Shown here in pieces: positions 1 to 11,400 of a DNA stretch of 27,895 bases. Below the pieces are notes generated by a model. That model was not told the origin of the DNA, made no database searches, and saw only the letters and a list, made by a program, of their open reading frames with translations. How positions within the stretch are numbered: the first letter of the stretch is position 1; each line of letters starts with the position of its first letter. The stretch is from a virus. Taxonomy: Duplodnaviria > Caudoviricetes. The position numbers and the translations under genes were made by a program. The stretch is from IMG/VR virus record IMGVR_UViG_3300006641_000134, positions 1 to 27,895 of that record; one strand, given 5' to 3'.

Positions 1-534
1 GGTATATGTATATTGTGTGCTTGAAGCAAGACCTGTTACTGTTATTGGAGAAGATGTTCCTGTAAATGTAGATGGAGAAGTAGATGGAGAAGGGGTAACT
101 ATAAAACTTTTTACTGGCCCGCCAGTTGTTGCTGCAGTAAATGCTACAGATGCCTGACCATTATTGAATGCCCGACCAGATCCTTGATTTGTGGCGGTTA
201 CGCCAGTAGGAATTCCAGGAGTAATATTTGCAATTAACCAATTGCCATTTTGCCATACTTCAATTTCCATATCATCAGTATTAAAGTATAAATCTCCATT
301 TGATGCAGATCCTGGTCTTTGTGCTAATGTTCCAGAGTTTAATCCTTTTGCTGGAGTTGTCCAAGTTACATTAGTTCCATCTGTTGCAAGAACCTTATTG
401 GCATTGCCGCCTTGGGCGGGAAGTAAAGAATTTAAGGTATTAGTAGTAGAGGTTTGTCCAGTTCCACCCATAGAAACAGGGAGGGGGGTCTGGATATCTA
501 ACCCATTCTTTACCTTAAAATCTTTATTAGCCAA
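1..534 (-). CDS. Virion fibre/adhesin protein with FN3-like domain, N-terminal part (runs off the window edge)
   Basis: Not in the ORF track. TTG start at 534 after an AGGGGA SD. Open to base 1: MANKDFKVKNGLDIQTPLPVSMGGTGQT...NGDLYFNT...TPGIPTGVTATNQGSGRAFNNGQASVAFT. Clear paralogy to 587..3187 and 7756..8478. Confidence 0.85.
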   Translation of the reverse strand, partial: MANKDFKVKNGLDIQTPLPVSMGGTGQTSTTNTLNSLLPAQGGNANKVLATDGTNVTWTTPAKGLNSGTLAQRPGSASNGDLYFNTDDMEIEVWQNGNWLIANITPGIPTGVTATNQGSGRAFNNGQASVAFTAATTGGPVKSFIVTPSPSTSPSTFTGTSSPITVTGLASSTQYTYT

Positions 535-586
535 TTTAGTTCACATATCCCCTAATTGTTTATTAGTTAATTATAGCATTATCCAA

Positions 587-3187
587 TTACACTGGATAAC
601 GAATAACTACAAGTCCTGATGCTCCATTACTTCTATTAGTTGAAGAGCCCCATCCACCGCCACCGCCACTACCAGTATTAATAACAGCAGGAGTTCCTGT
701 CATAACATAACTTCCTGAATTACCTTCTTGTCCTCCACCAAGACCACCACTACCACCAACACCAGCAGAACCACCTAAAGCGCCTCCACCGCCACCGCCT
801 GCATAATAATAATTACCTCCAGATAAAACACCAGTTGATGTTGCTGCAGCTATTGCGTTTATTAAAGACGATGTAATACCATCTCCGCCTGTTTTAACGT
901 TTATACTTCCGCTATTTTTACTTTGTCCAGCACCTGCACCACCTGCAGTTCCAGCACCACCACCACCGCCAGATACCCACATACCAGATTGATAAACATA
1001 AGAACCTCCACCATTATTTCCTTCTCCAGAAATTCCAGATCCTCCAGATGTACCAGTATTGCTTCCATTACCAGCGCCGCCTCCGCCGCCGCCAGAACCA
1101 CCATTGTTTCCACCTGCTTGTGAAGAACTATCTCCTACAGATGATCCACCACCACCGCCAGAACAAGAAGTTGAATTAAAACTTGAATTACCACCATTTG
1201 TTGAATTTATAAGACGACCATAATTGCCAACTCCACCAGCACCTACTGTAACTGTGTAATTCCCTGATGTTAATGATGCTCCAGTTGTAGAACGGAATCC
1301 ACCTGCACCACCACCACCGCCAAGATCTGATCCACCACCACCACCGCCTGCAATAACAATATAATCAGCAGTAATAGATTGTGTTGGTGTAAATGTTCCT
1401 GATCCAGTAAATGTGTGATACCAGTAAGAGCCGTCTGTTGTTACTGTTCCACCTGTTGCTTTAGCAGAATAGCTTGCAGTTGTATTAAATGTACCATTAG
1501 ATGTAAATTTATGCACCCAATATTGACCAGATTGATAAACTTCGTTACCGCCAAATGCTCTTTGAGTAGGACTTACATAACGAATAACTACTATACCAGA
1601 ACCACCTGCACCACTAATTGTTGTATAAGGAACAGTATTTTGATTTCCTCCACCGCCACCACCAGCTCCAAGGCTTGCTGTTCCAGATACTGCTGCTACA
1701 GTAGAATAATTAGAACCTGCTCCACCGCCGCCGTCTCCACCAGCATGAGCATTATTATATGATGCACCTCCACCTCCTCCTGCATATGTTACAGATGAAC
1801 CAGTAATAGATATTGTTACACCATCTCCGCCTTGACCGCCACCATCGGTATTTCCTGCTTCTCCAGCACCACCGCCACCGCCACCATAAATATTAGTATT
1901 ACCAGCACCACCCGCAAAACCTTGAACTGGAGATGCTGTTCTTGCACCAGCAGTATTGTAACCAGTTGTAGCTCCGCCACCGCCACCTGAACCACCAGAT
2001 TGACCAGTATATGTATCTCCACTAACACCACCTGCGCCTCCGCCACCACCTGTAGCAGTAATAGTAGATAAACCAGTTCCACTTATAGAAGAATTAGAAC
2101 CATTATTTCCTTTTCCTGCTGGTGTTAAACTTGCTAATGCTCCAATAGGGGCTCCACCAGCGCCTACTGTAATTGTATAAACGGTATTAGTTTCTAGAGT
2201 TAATGGCGTTTCTAAAGAAGCTCCTCCACCATTTACATCAACTGTAGAACGAAGTCCTCCTGCACCGCCGCCGCCTCCAAGGCCTGATGAATAGTTTTCT
2301 CTGCCTCCGCTTCCGCCACCAGCAATAATAAGATAATCAATAACTAGATTAGCATAAGGGGTTACAGAATTGCTTGCAGAACTTGATACAGATGTGCCGT
2401 TAGCATTTGTGGCTGTTGCGCTAAATGTGTAAGAAGTTCCATTAGTTAATCCTGTAAATGTATAAGTAGTATTTGAAGTGGTTTGTGTTGTAGTTGCTGG
2501 ATTAGAAGTTATTGTGTATTGTGTAATTGATGATCCACCAGTTGCTCCTGGTGTAATAGTAATTTCTACTTGTGTATTTCCTGCAACTGCTGATATTGTT
2601 GGAGCTTGAGGAACTGTAGTTGCAGTTACTGCGTTAGACGCAGATGATGCAGAAGATGTTCCAAGTGGTCCTACTGCGGCAACAGTATATGTGTATTGTG
2701 TACTTGATTGAAGCCCTGTAACTGTAACTGGACTTGAAGATCCACTGCTAGTATATGAACCTGGTGTTGATGTTACAGTATAAGATGTTGCTTTTCCAGC
2801 GTTTGTTGCTGGTGTAAATGCTACTGATGCAGATCCATTATTATAAGCTCTTCCTGAAGGTTGATTTGTAGCAATTACGGATGTTGGAATACCTGGTGTT
2901 GTATTTGGAATCCACCATCCACCATCATATACTTCAAGAATTGAAGTTTCGGTATTATAATATAAATCTCCATTTGATGGAGATGCTGGACGTGAAGCAG
3001 TATTTCCTTTATTTATTCCTTTGTTATTTTGAACATAGGTTTGTGTTGCAAGTGCTGCAGTGTCTGAAATTCCATGTACTGATGTTGTAGAAGAATTATG
3101 GCTAGAGATAGCTGCCGCCGTCTCCGTATCCGTCGCTAAACTAGTGGCGGTGGAGAGAACGTTGGCAACGTCTCTAGCCCTTGTCAA
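587..3187 (-). CDS. Glycine-rich tail fibre/adhesin: two FN3-like domains plus two polyglycine domains
   Basis: 866 aa. FN3-like segments (VTVTGLQSSTQYTYTVAA, YTFTGLTNGTSYTFSATATN). Two domains, each opening with DYxxIAGGG and closing with SGxVVIRY. Confidence 0.8.
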   Translation of the reverse strand: MTRARDVANVLSTATSLATDTETAAAISSHNSSTTSVHGISDTAALATQTYVQNNKGINKGNTASRPASPSNGDLYYNTETSILEVYDGGWWIPNTTPGIPTSVIATNQPSGRAYNNGSASVAFTPATNAGKATSYTVTSTPGSYTSSGSSSPVTVTGLQSSTQYTYTVAAVGPLGTSSASSASNAVTATTVPQAPTISAVAGNTQVEITITPGATGGSSITQYTITSNPATTTQTTSNTTYTFTGLTNGTSYTFSATATNANGTSVSSSASNSVTPYANLVIDYLIIAGGGSGGRENYSSGLGGGGGAGGLRSTVDVNGGGASLETPLTLETNTVYTITVGAGGAPIGALASLTPAGKGNNGSNSSISGTGLSTITATGGGGGAGGVSGDTYTGQSGGSGGGGGATTGYNTAGARTASPVQGFAGGAGNTNIYGGGGGGAGEAGNTDGGGQGGDGVTISITGSSVTYAGGGGGASYNNAHAGGDGGGGAGSNYSTVAAVSGTASLGAGGGGGGNQNTVPYTTISGAGGSGIVVIRYVSPTQRAFGGNEVYQSGQYWVHKFTSNGTFNTTASYSAKATGGTVTTDGSYWYHTFTGSGTFTPTQSITADYIVIAGGGGGGSDLGGGGGAGGFRSTTGASLTSGNYTVTVGAGGVGNYGRLINSTNGGNSSFNSTSCSGGGGGSSVGDSSSQAGGNNGGSGGGGGGAGNGSNTGTSGGSGISGEGNNGGGSYVYQSGMWVSGGGGGAGTAGGAGAGQSKNSGSINVKTGGDGITSSLINAIAAATSTGVLSGGNYYYAGGGGGGALGGSAGVGGSGGLGGGQEGNSGSYVMTGTPAVINTGSGGGGGWGSSTNRSNGASGLVVIRYPV

Positions 3188-3192
3188 TTATA

Positions 3193-3564
3193 TTACTCTC
3201 CTATTACAACTTCTTGCCAGTTCAAATCTTCTTCTACCCAACGATACATCTTTCCATCTGTTGGATATGGTGTTGGTGCATCCCAAAGACATGTGTCTTC
3301 GTTTAGTAACCATGAGTTGAAAGGCTTTGGTGGAATGAATGCATCACGAGTTGCGTCGTATGAATATCCAATTCCTGCGTAATTCTTTCTTAGCGGGGTT
3401 CCGCCCAAAGAATGAACTCCACCCTGTGTATTATATGAAGTCTTTACCCAAGTTCCGCCAAGGTTATCAATTAACCACTGATAGCCCTCGTCTGGATCTT
3501 CGTTGCTTCCAACTAGTACACGAGTAACGATATTATTCTCGTCTAATTCGGCCCAATGTGCCAT
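3193..3564 (-). CDS. Conserved small phage protein accompanying glycine-rich fibres (possible assembly chaperone)
   Basis: 123 aa, AAGGAGG SD. Motifs MAHWAELDENNIV, WVKTSYN, RKNYAGIGYSYD, DAFIPPKP are recalled from aquatic phage fibre loci. Confidence 0.75.
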   Translation of the reverse strand: MAHWAELDENNIVTRVLVGSNEDPDEGYQWLIDNLGGTWVKTSYNTQGGVHSLGGTPLRKNYAGIGYSYDATRDAFIPPKPFNSWLLNEDTCLWDAPTPYPTDGKMYRWVEEDLNWQEVVIGE

Positions 3565-3619
3565 ATTTGTTACCTCCTTTTAGGTATTTTCTTATTTTAC
3601 CATTTGGTAAATGATAAGT

Positions 3620-5428
3620 CTAGAATGTTATTGTTCCATTATTTAAAAATCTATATACGTGAACTCCAGAAGATGGGGTTGTATATGTTGGAGAACCTGT
3701 TGTAGATGCTGCTGCTTGAGTAGCTCTAATATAAAATATTCCAGAACCGCCAGCACCACCTGCTGCGCCAGGAGCATTTCCTCCAGCGCCACCTCCGCCA
3801 CCACCAGTATTTGCTCCACCAGCTCCACCTGGCAAATCGCCAGTGCCAGAAGCATTATTATTAGTTGCACCATTTCCACCAGAATTTATAGACGAACCTC
3901 CACCAGTACCGCTATTTTGAGAATTTGCACCTCCGCCACCGCCACCAATGCCCCCGTTACCAGCGCTTGCATAAATGTAATGTCCACCACCACCACCACC
4001 GCCAGCAAAATAAAGAGTCGAACCAGTTATGGTTGTTGATTTACCTGCACCACCATGAGGTTTTGTGGCAGTTGGATATCTACCGCTATCTGCATTTGTT
4101 CCTGCAGCTCCTGCACCACCGCCGCCACCGCCATCAACTTTTTCACCGCTTACGTGATAAGCACGACCACCATCATTTCCTTCACCAGATACACCAGTAC
4201 CAGCAGCAGGACCTTGAGAATATCCACCAGAAGAACCACTACCTCCACCTGAGCCACCATTACCACCAGCAATGTAAACTGGTCCAGCAGCTCCATAGCC
4301 GCCACCAGTAGTAGAAATTAAAGTAGTTAAACCTTGCTTAAATGTTGTAGCAGTTCCTTGATTTCCATTACTATTATCGCTACCACCAGTAGATCCACCG
4401 CCACCTATAGTTACTGTATATGTTATTCCTGGAGTAATTGTATAAGTTGATTCTTTAAATCCGCCTGCGCCACCACCGCCAGAACCACAGCCTTTACCCG
4501 CTCCGCCGCCGCCAGCTACAGCAAGGTAGGTAACTGTTATATTATCTGGATTTATAACATGTGTAAATGTTCTATTTACTGCATTACCACCAGAATCTGT
4601 TGCAGATATTGTAATTGTTGTAGTTCCTGCAGAACCTGTCGGAGTTCCAGAAATTACACCTGTTGATGTATTTAAAGAAAGTCCTGTTTGAAGTGCACCT
4701 GAAACAATTGCATATGTAATTGATGACCCACCATCTGAATCAGTTGCTGAAATTGTTTGAGAAAATGCTGCATTAATTGTAGCTGCATTTAATGTTGTAG
4801 ATGTAACCCAAACTGGCACAGCACCAGCAGTAATTGCATTTAATGATGTTGCTGTTAAATTAGTGCTTGGATTTGTTACAATTACATCATATGGAGCATC
4901 TCCTGGTGCAAATGAATCTGGGCGTGTAGCAATAATAGATGTTGCAGATCCTCTAACTGTTGTTTTAGCATTTACCAATGTAGAATCATCTGATTTACGG
5001 AATTTAACATCTACGTTTGTTGCAAAATTTGTGCCTGTAATAGTTGTTGTATCGTTAGCATTTGGCAAGCCACTTGGAGTAATATCTGTAATTGTTGGAG
5101 GAGCCCATACTGCATCTGTTTTAGTTGCAAGAGTAGCTGCTGATTTTAATGTAAATATAACAGCATCATTAGCATCTGCATTTACTGTTGTTACATATAG
5201 GAAGGAGGCTGAAGCTGTAACTGTTTTTGCTCCTGCCGTCGCCGATCCAACTTGTGTTCCATCTGATGCACCTAGATATACCTCTAGGTTGGTATCCATC
5301 GCCTTAGATTCAATTAAATATGTTCCTGCTGGATATGACTTATCAAGGGTAGCTGTTTTAGATCCGCCTGTAGATGTGACTACTGTAAATGATGTTCCAC
5401 CAGATAAACTAGAAAAACTAAGTGTCAT
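3620..5428 (-). CDS. Glycine-rich virion protein with IPT/TIG-like and putative Ig (He_PIG-like) domains
   Basis: 602 aa. PTITDITPS...TITGTNF (TIG-like), GALQTGLSLNTSTGVISGTP (He_PIG-like), C-terminal polyglycine domain ending YRFLNNGTITF. Confidence 0.8.
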   Translation of the reverse strand: MTLSFSSLSGGTSFTVVTSTGGSKTATLDKSYPAGTYLIESKAMDTNLEVYLGASDGTQVGSATAGAKTVTASASFLYVTTVNADANDAVIFTLKSAATLATKTDAVWAPPTITDITPSGLPNANDTTTITGTNFATNVDVKFRKSDDSTLVNAKTTVRGSATSIIATRPDSFAPGDAPYDVIVTNPSTNLTATSLNAITAGAVPVWVTSTTLNAATINAAFSQTISATDSDGGSSITYAIVSGALQTGLSLNTSTGVISGTPTGSAGTTTITISATDSGGNAVNRTFTHVINPDNITVTYLAVAGGGGAGKGCGSGGGGAGGFKESTYTITPGITYTVTIGGGGSTGGSDNSNGNQGTATTFKQGLTTLISTTGGGYGAAGPVYIAGGNGGSGGGSGSSGGYSQGPAAGTGVSGEGNDGGRAYHVSGEKVDGGGGGGAGAAGTNADSGRYPTATKPHGGAGKSTTITGSTLYFAGGGGGGGHYIYASAGNGGIGGGGGGANSQNSGTGGGSSINSGGNGATNNNASGTGDLPGGAGGANTGGGGGGAGGNAPGAAGGAGGSGIFYIRATQAAASTTGSPTYTTPSSGVHVYRFLNNGTITF

Positions 5429-5832
5429 TATCCAACCCTCCAGCCATATGTTGCTCCAGTATAAATTAATGAAGCCCCTGCTCCATCTACGTCAATTGTA
5501 AGATTTTGAACTGTACCATTAATTTTACCACTGTTTGAATTAATTGTAATATTATTTGTTCCCGCTGTGCCTGTTGCATCTATAACAACAATTTCATTTC
5601 CAACTGCGGGGGAAGCAGGAAGTGTTAATGTTCTAGCAGCAGTTGTATCTACAAAATATCTACGTCCCGCCACTAAATTTGTATTTGCTGATATAGAAAC
5701 GTTTATTTCTAATTTATAAGAAACAAGGGCGGCGTTAAGAGCAGTTGTATCTACATAATCAGGGGGAAGAGCAGCTTTTACTCCAAGATCTACCCAATCT
5801 GTACCGTTCCAAATTTTAACTGTTTTAGCCAT
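5428..5832 (-). CDS. Small tail-fibre-associated protein (T4 gp34-like repeat)
   Basis: 134 aa. YFVDTTAARTLTLPASPAVGNEIVVID motif. Stop/start overlaps with both neighbours. Confidence 0.65.
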   Translation of the reverse strand: MAKTVKIWNGTDWVDLGVKAALPPDYVDTTALNAALVSYKLEINVSISANTNLVAGRRYFVDTTAARTLTLPASPAVGNEIVVIDATGTAGTNNITINSNSGKINGTVQNLTIDVDGAGASLIYTGATYGWRVG

Positions 5833-7412
5833 TAGAATGTTATACTTCCCGATCCCGCCGTAAATCTATAAACACGATATCCAGAGCGTGTTGGTTGATC
5901 ATAGGTTAATGTTCCAGGAATTGTTGTAATTGCTGGCCATGAATTTGGATAAGCGATAATTACTACACCAGAACCGCCTGCTGCGCCGAGTCCTTGTGGA
6001 ATGTTTGCTCCACCACCGCCACCACCGCCAGTATTAGCTGTTCCAGGATAACCTGCTCCACCATTTGCGTTTCCTCCATTACCACCGCCTCCTGTTCCAC
6101 CAAGACCTTGTAGGTAGAAGTATGGTGTGGTGTTTCCATTTGGACCATCAAATGCTTGTCCACCTCCACCACCGCCTGCATAATATGTTGCAGTTCCAGT
6201 TATTGAAGATTGTTTTCCAATTCCACCATTTGGTCTATTAGATGAAGTTGTTGGAGCAGATGAAGAACCTGCTGCACCAGCGCCTCCGCCTCCACCAATA
6301 ACGTTTGTTCCACCAGCGCCACCAGCATTACCAAATCCATATTGACCAGATAAACCAGATTGACTTGATTGTGTTGCAGATCCAGCAGAACCTGAACTCC
6401 ATCCACCACCACCGCCAGAACCACCAGATGAACCAGAACCAGTCATGTTTCCACCACCGCCACCTACGGCTGTCAAAGTTCCTTGCTCACAAACTAATGT
6501 AGAAGATCCTCCAGTTCCTCCAAGAACACCTGAACCAGTACCTCCTGCGCCACCCGTTCCAACAGAAATATTATAAGAAGAGCCAACTCTAAATGTTATA
6601 ACTCCAGCTGGAATTTCTACATATCCGCCAGCGCCACCACCTGAACCTCTATCGTATCCACCTCCACCGCCGCCGCCAACTAAGAGTGCTTCAAATCTAT
6701 TATCAAGTGCTGTGATACTAAATGATCTAGAAACTACAGTATTAACTCCATCAGATGCATTTATTGTAAATGTATATGTTGTATCTGCTGCTACTGTAGG
6801 AAGAGTTCCAGAAATTAATCCACTTGAAGAATTAAGAGTAAGTCCAGAAGGTAAAGATGACCCACTTGCTAATGAGTATGTAATAGTAGAATCTGAATCT
6901 GTAGCTGTTGCTGAAACTGATACAGATACCTGTTCAGCAAATGTACCAAGGGAACCACTTGCGGTTTGCCATACTGGACTTGCATTAACATATAATGCAT
7001 CTGGTATAAGTCCAAACAGGTTTGATGGATTTGTTACTTTAATATCATAAGGTTCATAAGCATTAGAAAGATTTGCAAATACTGCAGTTAGCTGCACTAT
7101 AGAATTATATGTTGTTGATTGAGCTTGAGTTTCAACACCATTTGTTCCAATTGCAGAGGCAATTGCTCCAGATACAAAATTAGTTCCTGAAATTGTTATT
7201 GTTCCTGAATTTGAAGATTCTGAATATGTTCCAGTAATGCTTGCAACGCCTGGTGTTTCTTGAACAATATTTTGCCAACCATTTGCAGTATATAATTCTA
7301 TACGAGCAGTTTCACCATTAGAATATAATTTACCAGTTGCAGGTGTTGGACGACCTGCTGTATTTCCGTATGGAATTCCACCTGCTGAAGGATTTAATTT
7401 ACTGATTCCCAT
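5832..7412 (-). CDS. Glycine-rich virion protein with TIG-like and He_PIG-like Ig domains
   Basis: 526 aa, same architecture as 3620..5428 (ITISGTNF, YDIKVTNPS, LPSGLTLNSSSGLISGT, polyglycine domain, YRFTAGSGSITF). Confidence 0.8.
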   Translation of the reverse strand: MGISKLNPSAGGIPYGNTAGRPTPATGKLYSNGETARIELYTANGWQNIVQETPGVASITGTYSESSNSGTITISGTNFVSGAIASAIGTNGVETQAQSTTYNSIVQLTAVFANLSNAYEPYDIKVTNPSNLFGLIPDALYVNASPVWQTASGSLGTFAEQVSVSVSATATDSDSTITYSLASGSSLPSGLTLNSSSGLISGTLPTVAADTTYTFTINASDGVNTVVSRSFSITALDNRFEALLVGGGGGGGYDRGSGGGAGGYVEIPAGVITFRVGSSYNISVGTGGAGGTGSGVLGGTGGSSTLVCEQGTLTAVGGGGGNMTGSGSSGGSGGGGGWSSGSAGSATQSSQSGLSGQYGFGNAGGAGGTNVIGGGGGAGAAGSSSAPTTSSNRPNGGIGKQSSITGTATYYAGGGGGGQAFDGPNGNTTPYFYLQGLGGTGGGGNGGNANGGAGYPGTANTGGGGGGGANIPQGLGAAGGSGVVIIAYPNSWPAITTIPGTLTYDQPTRSGYRVYRFTAGSGSITF

Positions 7413-7756
7413 TAAGGTGTCACCTCAGAGCCATATGCGTTAAATGAAATGCTAGAAGATGAACCATAAACGATTATTTGATCTCCCGCCGCAAGAGTAG
7501 CTCCGATAGTGACAAATGTTGTGTCATTGGCAGCTACTGTAGAACCATACGCAATATATTGTTTTGCTAAAATTGTAGATGTTGAGGCATCAGCAGCCTT
7601 CTGTGTAGCAATTCTAAATGTAGCATCAGATGCTGTTTGATTACATACTGCAATAGTTGAAATTACGGCAGACTTACCTGATGGAACTGTATACAAAGCG
7701 GTATTTGTAGTTCCTGGTGCTTCCTGCCCTAATATCTTAAATACTTCTGTTGCCAT
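7412..7756 (-). CDS. Small beta-rich virion/fibre-associated protein
   Basis: 114 aa. KILGQ..P...LYTVP..KSAVISTIAVCN motif. Translationally coupled on both sides. Confidence 0.7.
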   Translation of the reverse strand: MATEVFKILGQEAPGTTNTALYTVPSGKSAVISTIAVCNQTASDATFRIATQKAADASTSTILAKQYIAYGSTVAANDTTFVTIGATLAAGDQIIVYGSSSSISFNAYGSEVTP

Positions 7757-8478
7757 TATGCCCCCATCAACATAAATGTTGACGCCTTAAGCGGTGTATC
7801 AACAACATATGCGGATAAATTGGTTTGAATAAAGATTTCTACTGAGTCTCCTACTGCCGCCCCTGAAGCAAGAACGACGGAAGAGGTGGTAGGAGTTGTA
7901 TAATCATCTCCATATACCAAAAGTATACCATTAAGAAATACTTGCTCATATCCCTGAATAAATGCTTGTGCTGTAGAAAATGTAGTTTGTCCAGCAGTTG
8001 CTGTAAACTTATTACGACTAATAATATATGGATTGAATGTAGTTACGTCATCATCTGAATCCACCCAGATTTGTCCGACTACTGGACTTGAAGGTGCAGT
8101 TGTCTGATATTTTGCACCTGTAGGAAGAGTAATTATTGTTGTATCTGTTTCAGCATCATCTGTAATTGTTGCTCCGACAAAATTTACAACGCCTCTTGGA
8201 GTTACAGTTACGCCAGCATCTTTAATTGTTTGATTATAAAGTTTAGACCAACTTATATTTACGCCATCTGATTTAATTGCATAATTTACTGTAGATCCAT
8301 TTTGTACTGGCAAGAGGGCGTTAATAGCATTTGTTGCTGATGTTTGCCCTGTTCCGCCAGCTGAAATTGGCAAAACTGCGGTGGATGAAATATTACCACT
8401 TGAATCTGTGGTTAAAATAGCAGCAGAGGTAATCGGGATATTTAGTCCAGATTTTACTTTAAAGTTCTTATCTGCCAC
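7756..8478 (-). CDS. Tail-fibre-associated structural protein
   Basis: 240 aa, GTG start. LPISAGGTGQT, APSSPVVGQIWVDS and TATAGQTTF...VFLNGILL...DY motifs typical of fibre/baseplate modules. Confidence 0.7.
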   Translation of the reverse strand: MADKNFKVKSGLNIPITSAAILTTDSSGNISSTAVLPISAGGTGQTSATNAINALLPVQNGSTVNYAIKSDGVNISWSKLYNQTIKDAGVTVTPRGVVNFVGATITDDAETDTTIITLPTGAKYQTTAPSSPVVGQIWVDSDDDVTTFNPYIISRNKFTATAGQTTFSTAQAFIQGYEQVFLNGILLVYGDDYTTPTTSSVVLASGAAVGDSVEIFIQTNLSAYVVDTPLKASTFMLMGA

Positions 8479-8493
8479 TTAATTATCCCTCCT

Positions 8494-11400
8494 TTATAAC
8501 TTTACTTCGCTAAATTTAACCGTTACGTTTGTTGTTGCTGCATCTGTTACAGTTACCTGTAGAAGAGCATTTCCTGCAGATGTTGTTGCTGAAACTACTA
8601 CTCCTGACATTGTTCCGCCAGTTTCTGTAATTGCAAATTCTGTCATATCTACAGAAGTGCCATCAGTTTGCAGAACTACCTTTGAAGTTCTAATCTTTGA
8701 TCCCTGCTTTAGAGATACCATATATTCAATTGATGTAAATCCTGATAGGGGATTTGTATCAATTGTTGTTGCTGTATTTGAACTTATTGTTTCAATTCCA
8801 GTTGTAATTGGAACAACCAAAGTTCCCCAAGAAGCAGTGGTTCCGTCAGTTGTTAAATATTTACCTGAATTTCCAGTTTGTGATGGAAGTGTAATTGGGG
8901 CTGCTGCCCATGAAGGAACTCCAGAAGCAAGTGTTAGTATTTGTCCATCTGTGCCCTTTGCTAATTTAGCAAGAGTGTCTGTAGCAGAAGCATAAACAAT
9001 ATCTCCAGCTGCATATGATGTTAGTCCAGTTCCACCCTTATTTGTAGCAATTGTTGTACCAGACCATGTTCCAGTTGCAATTGTTCCTAATGTTGTAATA
9101 TTTGTGCTTCCAGCCCAAGTTGAAAGAGCTGTATTTTCAACATTACCAAGTCCGACCATAGTCTTTGTAATGCCAGCAACTGTTCCAGTAAATGTTGGGT
9201 TATTAATTGGAGCATATGTTGAGGCGGCAGTTGATGATAGCAAGGCATCAGTAATGCCATATCCAGCCAATGTTGTAGGGGTAGAAGATATCTTAGACCA
9301 TGCTAAAGATGTAATCCATGCAGGATTTGAATATGTTTCTGATGTCAAAACAATTGGGTCTGTAATTCCATATCCTGCAATTGTTGTAGGGGTTGATGAA
9401 ATCTTAGACCAAGCTAAGCTTGTTAACCATGATGGATTTGAATATGTTCCACCAGTTGAAACGCCATCTGTAATTCCATATCCCGAAATTGTAGTTGGAG
9501 TTGAAGAAATCTTAGTCCATGCAAGCCCTGTTATCCAGGATGGGTTTGAATAGCTTCCTGTAGTATAAACTCCATTTGTTACAGTTCCTGCATTTCCAGA
9601 AACATCACCAGTTACATTACCAGTAAGATTACCTGTAACATTTCCACTTACATTTCCTTCGAGTGTGGCTACTGCTAAGGTATCTAGAGATCCCTGAGTA
9701 AAATTAACTGTTGTTGTAGGCTCATCTGTTACGCCTTTGAATAGTTTCCATTTATTATCTGAAGCATCACGAACAAGTCCCGCATGTTGATATGTGCCAT
9801 TATCAAATGATGCTACAAATCCAAGGTCTACTGAGTTTCCAGTATTTCCCTCTCCAATATAAATAAGTGGATCATTTACAATTAAGTCTGCTGTATTTAC
9901 AGTTGTAGTTGTTCCATTAACTGTAAGATTTCCAGATAGAGTTAAATTTTGAATTGATAAGGTTTTTGTATTTACCCAGTTACCAGAAGTTGAATCATAT
10001 TTTAGAACATCATTATTAGCAACAGAAGATATTGCTACGTCATGTAGTTCATTTAGCTCATATCCATTCTGTGGCTTAATATAAACCATACCATTGCCAT
10101 TATTTGCTTTTGCTACCACTCCAATAAATACCATATGGTTTGGAGCAGATGGCTTTGTTGATGTAAATGATCCTGGTGTTGAACCAAGCCAGAGTATGTC
10201 TCCTGGTGTATATGATCCAAGCGAAAGTCCAGAAAGCATTCCTTGCGTAATAATTAAACCATCGGCTGATGCTGCAATTGATTCTGCTGCAATACCGATT
10301 GTTTTTGAAGATGTTGTATCTGATGAATTAGAGGCTAATCTTACAGAAGGCCTGTCTCCCTGTGCTCCATATAGATAAACTACTGAACCTTTAGGAATTG
10401 TTGAGCCTTGAGCATTAAATACTTTGAGAACAATATCTCTACCAATATGATTTGCAAAGTTTCCGCCAATTAATCCCAGCTGTAGGGTTCCATCAGTTGC
10501 ATTCCATGATAATTCTCCTTCTGCAGGAGTTACTGTTGCTGTTTTATCAATTTGAATCGAGTCAACTGAGGAAATTTTTCCAGTTATAGTTAGATTATTA
10601 GAAACTGTTACATCATTTGGAAGTCCAACAATTACTGCTCCAGTAGATGTATCAACTTCTACCTCATTTGCTGTACCAGTTAATGATGTTACACCAGTGT
10701 TATAAAATTCAATTACGTCATTTGTAGCATTTGCTAGTGCTCCAACACCATTGCTTCCGACAAATGTTAGAGTGTCGTTATTGCCATCTGCTACAACTGT
10801 AGTTGCGCCTACGACAATATTTTTAAATATATTTTGTGATGACCCTTTATCTGTATTAGTAAAGGCAAGGGTTCCTGCACCTGTTCCAGAATCTGTATAT
10901 GCTACAGAAACTCCGTCATGAGTAGATCCTGTAATTAATCCAGCTACAGCATCTCGTGCTTCTTCGTCTGTATATCCAGGAGCGGCTGCAAGGCTGATTG
11001 AGTTAGCATTATCATTATATGAAACTGTAATATTTGTATGAGTTCCATTTGCCAATGCTTGTGCTGCTGCATCTTGAGCTAATTCTGCAGAGAAGTATTT
11101 ATTTGTAGTACCCTCTTGAATATTATCTGTTGAATATGCTGCTTCTCCACCAAGTGGGATTGGGAATCCGTTAATTGTAATAGAAGAGTTTGCAAGTTTA
11201 TTATTTGCAATTGATCCTGCAAGCATAGTATTTGTAACTGTGCCTGTATCTCCACTAGTAATAACAGTTCCTGAATTATTTGGAAGAGTAATTGTTCTAT
11301 CTGCTGTAGGCTGTGTAGCTGTAACAGTTGTGCTATATGTATAGTCTGCATCGTTCCAGAGAATAATTGAGTTTTCTGGAATTACTAAGTCTCCACTAGA

